Positions 51,596-60,000 of a stretch of 60,000 nt of DNA are shown here, piece after piece. Made by a program: the position numbers and the translations under genes. How positions within the stretch are numbered: position 1 is the stretch's first letter; every line of letters begins with the position of its first letter. The DNA is taken from the NCBI GenBank assembly GCA_013265495.1, contig MU057560.1:3224909-3284908 (forward strand). Reading direction: 5' to 3'. The notes below the pieces were generated by a model, which saw only the letters and a list, made by a program, of their open reading frames with translations, ran no database searches and had not been told where the DNA came from. The stretch comes from Vicugna vicugna (lineage: Eukaryota).

Positions 51596-54500
51596 GGGGG
51601 CAGCAGGGTTGGGCAGTGTGGGGGGCAGCGTGGGGGAGACGCTGGTCACAAAAGCAGGGAGGGTCCTGCTCAGACAGAAACGCCAGGGACCAGCCGGCCT
51701 CCTGTGCCTCAGAGGAACTTCGGTGTGGCCTGGGGAAAGTGACATCTAGTGTTGGCTGAAAACAACCCCAACTATCTCCAAAATGACAATCTGGATGAAA
51801 ACAGGCACTAAGCATCTGGACAGTAAGGAAGAGCACATGCCAGTTTAAATGCAAATACATTTTTTCTACGAAATTCTCATTCATTTTTCCTCCAAAAGCA
51901 TTTTTTTTACTCTGCCTTGGTTTATCCCCCAAAACACATGCAGATTCTAATTAGCAAGTTTCTGAGGGTGTTGGAATCAGCTTCAGAGTGACTTCAGAAC
52001 CCAAACCACACAGTCAGCAGGTGAGGCCGTGAAGACAGGGGACTCCTGGCTCCTGGTCCAGGTGAAGCGTCCAGTCCTGGACTGGGCCCGGCCATGACCA
52101 CCCGAGTCCACCTGCCCTGGTGCATCTGCACCGTGCAGGACACGCAGGGGCCAGGAGGGTGGAAGGGACCTGGCGTGCCCGTCTTACTGGGTCTTCCTGA
52201 GGGGCAGGTGAGCCAGGATATCACACTGCTTCCAAATTCTAGAGCGAGCGCACCCACTCAGCAGACGGAGCTGGATACAAAATCTCTCACGGGGCTCACC
52301 TCCCTCCACCCTCCACTGAGCTGAGTATAAAGCAGCTCAGTGTCTCCACATGTCACTCGTCCCTGTGGCCTGATGCGCGTCACTCTGCCCTCCTGCCAGC
52401 TGCCTCGAAGTGTGTCTCCTGGGCCGTCTTGGAAAATGGAACTAAAGTCGACATTTAAAAAGCTGTATTTATATTTACATGTCTACACAGATGTGTCAAC
52501 GTAAAAGGTCGTGGTTCTACCCATGTTATTTGGTGAAACGAGGCAATTTTTACATCTGATATTTTCCATAAATAAGCATGCTTTTCTAACTTGGATCTTA
52601 TTAAACTGTTCATTAGGAAACATATCTCCTGGTCAAATCAGGGGATTCCCCATTTGAAAGATATGAATCTTGCTTTGGGGTCACGGACATCATCAAAAGT
52701 TCTACACCTGAGATCAGAGACGAGTCAGCAAGGACGAGGCACATAACAGAAGTGTAAAAGCAACGGACAGCCTCCCCACGGGGTTCCTGCCTAACTCGTG
52801 CAGGGGTTCGCATCTCTCACCGGGTGAGTAAGTGCTTCCATTCCTAGACGCACATTCTAAACGGCCTGCCGTGGTCGCACCTTTCTGTCCCCCGGCTCCT
52901 CAGGGGGACTCACACATGGCTGGCTCTCCCCTGCTTCCAGCCCCTCAGACTGAAGCAGTGTTGCTGATTAAAAACAGAAGATGTGTGTTCATCACAAATC
53001 CACAGCAGTGTTTGAACCCAAAGCAGGGCACACTCAGCACACCATACTGGTGGTTCTCCAGCCGGGGTCCACTGTGGGACACAGGGAGGGTCAGGGATAA
53101 GGGTGTGAACTGGCTCAACTCAGGAAGCTTGTGTAGCAGAGAGCAGCTACCTAAAGCCAAGGAGGAAAAAGCAGCTCCAGCGCTGAACAGGCGACGTTCA
53201 AATCTGGCCAAATTCTGATTTAAACAAGCAGCCACAAAGAGCACGTTGTGTTTCTGACTTCAAAAAACGTTTACAACCAGAAATATAGTGGGTTTAAACC
53301 AACTTGCTTTGTTGTCATCATTTTTCTACTTAGAAGCACTAAGTTCTCCTTCTTCACCGAAATGATTAAATAACTTTGCAATTCAATGATATTACGGATA
53401 GTTACTGATAAGAAAATCAGTAAATCTGCATGGTTGTCTAGTCTGCAGTGATTCAAGTACAAACGAATGGCTGTTAAAGATTCACGGAGCAAAGGTGGAC
53501 ATGCCACTTTGCAGCAAACGTGCCAGCCATGACTGTGTGCGATGAACGGTCCTGTTTTAAAAAGACATGTGTAAACAGAACATTCAGCAAATTCATTTTA
53601 AATGAGCAGAACCTGAACCTTTCCGCAGGCTGGAGCACACGCAGAACGTGTCTTCTATTCGTGAAAGCAGAGGGACCCTCCTGCTCTTGCCTGCTCTGTC
53701 ATAATGCTGACATCGGTTCCCTGCCAGTGCAAGTCACATAGGTCGCATGGGAGAACCCAGGCCCTTATTATAAAGGGAGCACTAATTACATCCTCAGTAA
53801 ATAGGATGGAGCCCCTTGTCTGAGCCCCGAATTCAGTGTCTTAAAGGAGCCAACACTTAGCAGCCTGGAGAGAACTTATTTCAGGATCTCAGGTGACACG
53901 CTTTTGAAAACCTGAAGTTATTGCCCATACCCCTCAGCTGGGTCAAGCATGCAGTACGATGAACCCACTTGTTTGCTCCTCTATGATCACCGCGGTTGTA
54001 AACAAGCCGGCTGTGGGACTACCGCAAGGAGATGTGCAGCTCCCACCCAGGGAGCATCACTGTGAACTCAAGGCAGTGACGAAGCAGAGCGCCCCTGACT
54101 CCCAGCCGCTCTCCTCGCTCAAGCAGCTCACTTCCAGTTATTCCAAGCCCATCTGGTGGTTTAATTTCCAGTAGCTGGAAAACTGCTCCATGACAAAGAA
54201 TGTAAAACACTCAACACAGAACTTCACGTGAAATTTAATTTCAAGATTTCGCAGTAACGTCTCAGAATGATATAGCTTGGTGGAAGAGGCAACTATCTCT
54301 ACATATATATTTTTAAAAGAAAAACATACAAGAATTACTGCCTGGTTTAGAGGCATTCTGACATGAGAATTTATAAAAGTCTTCAATCCACAGTCTGCTG
54401 AAACATTTGTCAGCTGTCCTGAGATGCACAGCTATATACGTGCCGGGTTTTTGGTCACTCCTGAGATCAGGGGCTCTGCAGGGACAAACCCTACAGAAGG

Positions 54501-54799
54501 CGGTTATGGGAGCACGCGGATTAGCCTATTAGCCCAGAGCCTCCCGGGCTCAGGATCCTTAAATTGTTTCCAGAACACTCGGTTATGCTGTGGGTGGCAA
54601 CTCGAAGGTTTCCAAGAACTTTTCGTTTTTGTCTGAGCCACATTTCTGTTTTCCCCCGGTAGTTCAGTTATTTAAAAATAAGAGGGTGGAGGGGGAGTCT
54701 TTTGGGATAGGGGTAGAATAGATGTCACGCACAGGCTCTGTATTAAGAATTCGGTGCTGAGAGCTGAGCTGTCCCCTGAGTTGCTGGGCACTCGGCTAG

Positions 54800-56100
54800 G
54801 GCCCTCAGAATCGGGCAGAGGCCCCCAGGCCGAAGCGGCGCCAGCGACCCCGACGCGCGCCCATCCAGGGGCTCGCCTCCGCTGGACCCTGGGCTCCGAA
54901 GATGCACACAGGAAGATATGAGGAGTGAATCCCCAATCCCCAGTTCTGGAAAACCGGGTTCCCACGGCCACAGAACCCAAGTACCTGCCCAGCCAGCCTT
55001 CAAGACAGGGAGAAGGCAAAGCCCACAGTTTCCATCTGGGATACTGGGGTTGGGGGACTGAGTGGTCAGGGGGCGAAAGCCCACTGTGCCCGGGGTCCTG
55101 GCGCCCGTCAGCCTGCACGAGCCCCCGGGGAGACAGGGATGGGGACGCCGGAAGGAAGGGGGAGCCGGGTGAGGAGGGGGCGTCGGGAAGGAAGGCGGAG
55201 GCGCAGAGGGGAAGGGGGCACGGGGTGAGGAGAGGGCGCGGGGAGGGAAAGGGGGCTCGGAGGGAAGGAAGGGGCGTTGGGGGAGAAAGGGACGCAGAGG
55301 GGAAGGCAGCGCGCGGAGGGAAGAAGGGGGCCGCGGGGGGGGCGCCGAGAACGAACGGCCGCGGGGGGCCGGCACTCACCCGCGCGGGCACCAGCAGGCG
55401 GCCGGGGTCGGGGCTCCCTCGGCGCTCATCGCCCCCAACTCGGCGGGGCCCGCACTCCGGGCCGGGGGCGCTCAGCGCCGGGGCCCCTCGCGAGCAGCCA
55501 AGGGCCCCGTGGGCGCCGCGTCCGCGCCGCGCTCTGCTCGGGCTCCGCGGGCGGCGGCGGGAGGGGCCGAGCTCCGCGCCCCGCCCACTGGCCCCGCCCC
55601 GGCCCGCCCCCGGAGAGGAGGGGCTGCCCAGGGAGGGGACCGGCTGCAGGCGCGGGCGGGGCGCGGAGGCGCCGGGGGCGCGGGCGCGGAGGGGCTCCCA
55701 CCGGTGGGGCCGAGGCCCGGGCGCTCGGGGCCCAGCGGGAGGATGATAGGTTTGGGTGCTGAGGCTCCCTCGGGCGGGCGCCCCCTTCCCGCCCCTGCCC
55801 CCTGCTTGATCTGACTGGGGTCGACCCTTAGACCACAGCGTGGCGCCCCTGGGCCTTCCAGGCCCTCGGACGGTCGCCACCGCGCTGCTTTCCGGGTCCC
55901 TAGGGACCGCCCCCCTGCGACCTGCCCTTCACACGGGCGCTGACGCTGGACCCCGGGGACCTCCAGGACAGGAAAGCGCACAGAAGCCTAAATGCGCGCC
56001 CGCCCGCGCCCGGGCGTGGAGGCTCCGGGGGCGCCTCGGGGCGCACGGCTGGGCCTGACCCTGGCCTCGCACCCCAGACTGTGACTCGGGCACCAGCGCG
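54800..56100. promoter_or_regulatory. CpG-island promoter of SNTG2 with clustered GC boxes
   Basis: Very GC- and CpG-dense stretch spanning exon 1. Sp1-type GC boxes lie at about 55578-55586, 55591-55600 and 55602-55610, roughly 150-180 nt upstream of the ATG. Boundaries are approximate. Confidence 0.8.
55380..55429 (-). pseudogene. SNTG2: SNTG2 exon 1 coding part (ATG to donor), with 22-nt frameshifting deletion
   Basis: ATG at 55429-55427 reads MSAEGAPTPAA (human MGTEGPPPPAA). The conserved LLVPAR (CTG CTG GTG CCC GCG CGG) followed by donor gtgagt (55379-55374) is in a different frame. Length is 50 nt versus 72 expected. Confidence 0.85.
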
Positions 56101-56499
56101 TGGGCTGTTCCCTTGCTCTTTCAGGACGACGGTACTGGGGTGTGTAGACTCAAGTCATCCTAATTTAAATGTAAAGGAAAATTAGTTTGGGGCAAATCTC
56201 AGAAACACACACACACAAACCACGCAACCAACCTTTTAAAAGAAGCATTTATTTTCCTCCCTTCCCAAATCGATGTCTCCCTAGTCCCCCGACACTCGCA
56301 GCGGCACGAACGCGCACAGCTCTTCGTCCCAGGAAGCCGGTTTCATTGTCCTTCCAAGGCCAGGAAAGCCGGACAGCTTGGGTGGCGGGGTGGCGCCCGC
56401 CCCCCTCCGCAGGTGGAATGGAACAAAAATTAAAGACGCTGCTCTTTCTGACGCCAACCTGGTGTTTTCCAGCTCCATCAAAAGAGAATGGACTTGAAA

Positions 56500-57270
56500 A
56501 GTGTTACTTTAAGGTGTACGAAGTGCTGGGTTCATACACTTCTAATACTGCAAAGTGATCACCACCCTAAGTTGGCTGATACCTTCATCAGCTCACATAA
56601 CTACCATTTCTTTTTGGTGGTGAGAACATTTATAACCTACTCTCGGCAACTTGCAAGCATGTAACACAGTACTGATCAGTCACCAGGCTGAACGTGGGAG
56701 CCCCAGGATGTGTTCACCTTATAACTGAACAACATCCTGTGTCCCCCAACCCCGATTTACTCTCTTCGTCCGAGCCGGGCTTTTTTAGACTCCACATTTG
56801 AGACTGCACAGTATGCATCTGCCTCTGACTGACTGGTCTCACTTAACATAATGCCCTCAAAGTTCATCCCTGTTGTTGCAAGTGGTAAGTTTTCCTTCTT
56901 TCTCGTGGCTGTGCAATAGTCATCACATGTGAGCATAATACACACGGATGCACACGTGTATGTAAGTCAGGTGCACACGCGTACACATCTATCTGCTGTA
57001 TCATGATACATACACATACACACACACGCACTCTCACCCCACGTCTTCTTTATCCATTCATCCGTTACCGGACACTCGAGTTGTACCTATGTCGCGGCTG
57101 TTGTGAATAATGCTGATTGAACATGAGAGTCAGATAGCTTTTCTCAATACCCTGCTTTCATTTTCTTTGGTTATATACCCAGAAGGGGGATTTCTGAGTA
57201 TAGTAGTAATTCTATTTCTTTTTTGAGGTACTTCCATACTGTTTTCCATAGTGGCTGCACCAATTTACAA
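56500..57270 (-). mobile_element. L1MA-type 3' end (antisense) with an internal CA-rich tract
   Basis: gtggtgagaacattta..ctactctc, ttttagactccacat, ttcatccctgttgttgca, ttctttatccattcatcc and cttccatactgttttccatagtggctgcaccaatttaca. The minus-strand ORF ENLPLATTGMNFEGIMLSETSQ resembles the L1 ORF2 C-terminus. Confidence 0.8.
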
Positions 57271-58164
57271 CTTGTTTCAACTGCTGAGCAGGCTGGGTTT
57301 CTAACCCAGATGACGAGAAGAATTTGGCTTTGCAGATTTCTCTCTCCTTTGTATCCCCAAATCTCCTGCGCAGAAATCTACTGACGCTTCTTAATGCTCA
57401 TTGGGTTACACTTAGAAGCTCCTGAAATGCAAAAATTAGATCCTTTTAGTCCCTGGCACAGTGCCCTGAACACAATAATTTCTTGGGTGAATTGGTAAGA
57501 AATATTGTACCATTTTTTTTATTTATAGCAAAATCTAGCATAAGAAAAAGAAAGTATGAAGGATTGTTATTTGATGTTACATTTTTAAAAAAGAGTGCAT
57601 GCGTATAACCTCTGAGATCCTAAATTTCTGCAAGATACACAAAGACACTGTCTTATTAACCCCAAGGGAAGACCCATCCCAGGAGCTGAAGAGAGAGAAA
57701 CGCAGAAGTGTTGAGTTTACAAGACTTGAGTTTTGTTCAAATTTTACTATTAAATTGTTGAAAGAATATGGTCATAGTTTTTTTTTCCAGAGTAAAGTTA
57801 ACTTATTTATAAAATACAGTTTTATTCAACGATTTCTGGGATCCTTTCTACACTAAAATTGTGTGATTCTGGTCATTTCAGGTGCTCTGGGGCTGCCTTT
57901 GGAAAGCTAAATGATTCTGCTTTTAACAGCAGCACCTCTGTTTTCATGCATTATGTGTTAGGGTTGTGCATGTTTTTTTAATAATGGGGCTCTAGCACAA
58001 TAATAATGATCATAAATCATGAAACACTGAATATCCTGAAACTCTGAGAGGGAATAACCTGGTATGAATTTCCTGTTCGAAACCCAACTCTAAAATTTTC
58101 ATGGTCAACATAGAGTTCTTTCTCGGTTGTGTCTGAAAACTGCGTGTAAACAGTGTCTTCTTAA

Positions 58165-60000
58165 CTTACTGACTTTTAATTTTGAAATAATTCCAAGTTT
58201 ACAGAAAAGTTGCAGTTGTACGAAACCTTCCACTTACCTCGTCTAGATTCCCGAGTTGCCCGAATTTAACTGCACTTGCCCTAGGATTCTGTTTCTCTCT
58301 ATTTATATACAGATTATTTTTTGAAGTGAGCGAAAAGTACTTTGCAGACACAAGGCGCCATCACCCCGAGTACTTAACATGCTTTTCCTAAAACTCAGAC
58401 ACAGTCTCTCACCTTTGGAGCATACACATTAAAATTGGAAAATTACCACTCACACGATAATGACGGACCACGGTCAAACTGCACCAATTTTCCCAAGAAC
58501 GTACTACCATAGCAATACATACGTAATAACTGATTTTCTCCCTTTTCTGTCATCCCTCCTGCTTTGAACCAGTTCAGGATCGTGATCTGCCGTTAGTTTC
58601 AGGATCGCCAACTGCCATTAGCTGACGTCCCTTTGGTTCCCTTCAATCTCAATCTTGACATTTTCAAGAGTATAGGACGGCACACAGGAGTCGTCCAGGT
58701 TTCCTTCTTTCCTTGATTCCTTAATACATTTTGGCTGAAGTAGCACACACACGGCTTTGTGTGCATCATGGCAGAAGACTCACGGTGTTCACTTGTCCTG
58801 GTTCTGGTGACATCAGCGTTATCTCTTGGCTAAAAGTGTCTGCCGGGTTTCTCCACTGTGGAATGAGTTAATGAATATGGGGCCGTGCTCGTTAGTAAGT
58901 AACAACGAATACATCTGTCAATAAGAGATCACTGTAAATTTGCCTATGGGTGGTCGCATTCCGCACAACAGACCACGCTAAACGCAGCGGCTTCCAGCTC
59001 TGCTGGTGTACCGTCCCACACGGATTCTGTGGCCCAGACACTCGCGAGGGGCCGGTCTAAGTGCTTCTAGCTCAGAGTGTGTCTGGAGGTCACAGCTGGG
59101 GGCACACCAGGCCTGCAGTCCTGTGACAGTCAGACTGAGCCTCTGGGACCTTCTCCGTCTGGTCCCCTGTGAGGGGCCGTGTGAGCGTCCTCCCAGCACG
59201 GTGGCCGGCTTCCCCCAGAACAAGCGGTCCAAGAGACCCAGCTGTGATGTCAGAGGCTCACATCATCACTCCCTCTGCGTGAACATGGTGGGTCACGCAG
59301 GGCCACCCCGGACTCCATGTGGGAGGCCAGGACGCGAAGGCCAGCTCATCCCTGCGTCTCTGGAGGTCGCCGTGGAGGCTGGGCTGCCCTGTAAGTTGAA
59401 AGTGGATATTCAGTAACCCATTGCTGACTCTTGCTTGAATCAGTTGTTACTACGATGGTCGCCAAAAGGTGAATCTGTAGCTTCGTCTTTCCCCACTCGC
59501 TGCCTGGTACTCTGCACAAATGTCTTTACTTACTCGTTCATCAATCTGTATCAGTGTGAAGACATTTATTTACACCTCTTCCATTCATTGGGTTATATTC
59601 CATCACTATTTTGATGCTCACATTGTGCCAGATCCGGCCAATTAGAGCCCCTGGGAGCTGACTCCTGTGTCCTTCAAGTGTCCCCATCATGCCCTGAGGA
59701 CTTCCTCATTTCTGTCCAGACTTGCTTTTTCACTCTGTCCCAACAGCAGCCCGCACCCCAGGAGCCCTGACTCCTGTTAGTGGAGAACAGAGAATGGTAC
59801 TTAGTGAAATCTATGCTCGAAGGGCTCTCTGCTGCGAAACTACGAGCTCCCAGCTCCCTTGGCAGATAGAACTACGAAGCACATATCTAAAATTTCTTAT
59901 GTATAAATGTAAGTGTGTCTATGCACACACTTGTCTTTCTCTGCTGGCCGCCCACACCTTTGTGCAAGTTCACACACACCCTTCCTTCCAGATCCCTGCG
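58165..60000 (-). mobile_element. Old L1MC/MD-like 3' UTR remnant, interrupted by an MLT-like LTR
   Basis: ttttaattttgaaataattccaagtttacagaaaagttgca at the left end, and ttttgatgctcacattgtgccagat..ctgactcctgtgtcctt further in; both recalled as L1MC/MD 3' UTR motifs. Confidence 0.55.
58915..59390. mobile_element. MaLR (MLT1-like) LTR remnant
   Basis: cacacggattctgtggcc.., cctctgggaccttctcc..tgagcgtcctcccagcacggtggccggcttccccca.., catcatcactccctctgc..ggtcac. Confidence 0.5.

Larger units (their letters stand above)
2539..55429 (-). pseudogene. SNTG2: Gamma-2-syntrophin gene, exons 1-7 (3' part outside the window), with three frame-disrupting deletions; probable unitary pseudogene
   Basis: Seven minus-strand GT-AG exons occur in the correct order and encode recognisable SNTG2 segments: MSAEGAPTPAA..LLVPAR / TKTGTALLCD..AYDVRLKLTEEVLTVQKQDV / HRTVTLRRQPGGGLGLSVK / GGLAHRVPVVISKILKDHA / DRTGMLFVGDAVLQ / VNGIHVGNATHEEV / VRLLRNSGD..VTVTVEYLREAPAFLKLPL. 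Exon lengths are 50/136/57/58/44/42/87 nt versus 72/138/57/58/44/42/88 recalled for human. Gene identity is near certain; pseudogene status is inferred. Confidence 0.85.

Noticed and set aside
22398..55429. Compensatory frameshifts: the exon 1 (-22) and exon 2 (-2) deletions sum to -24 and would restore the frame
   Set aside because: The shifted frame between them hits TGA at 22472-22470 after 37 codons, before the second deletion, and exon 7 has its own stop.
54672..55981. Long ORFs of 161-402 aa on both strands of the CpG island
   Set aside because: These are low-complexity Pro/Gly/Arg/Ala frames expected in very GC-rich DNA, mostly with non-ATG starts. Only the LLVPAR segment is real SNTG2 sequence.

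Overview
Mammalian genomic DNA, GC- and CpG-rich. It is most likely camelid (Camelus, Vicugna or Lama), judged from a Vic-1-like tRNA-derived SINE and cetartiodactyl-type L1 3' ends. The window holds the 5' half of the gamma-2-syntrophin gene SNTG2 on the minus strand: a CpG-island promoter near 55-56 kb and coding exons 1-7 (55380-55429, 22398-22533, 13863-13919, 13724-13781, 8811-8854, 8672-8713, 2539-2625), all with GT-AG splice sites. Exon 8 onward should lie left of the window. The main observation is that three of the seven exons carry frame-disrupting deletions relative to human SNTG2 as I recall it: 22 nt in exon 1, 2 nt in exon 2 and 1 nt in exon 7. Exon 1 and exon 2 losses each lead to a premature TGA, and the exon 7 loss creates one immediately. 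SNTG2 therefore looks like a unitary pseudogene in this genome, unless these are assembly errors or an intact duplicate exists elsewhere. The rest is intronic: young and ancient L1 fragments, MaLR and MER58 remnants, a 25-bp minisatellite, TG/CA-rich tracts, two intronic CpG-rich islands and a 52-N gap. Almost all ORFs in the supplied track are chance ORFs of GC-rich DNA. All comparisons to human SNTG2 and to repeat consensus sequences are from memory and need confirming by alignment.
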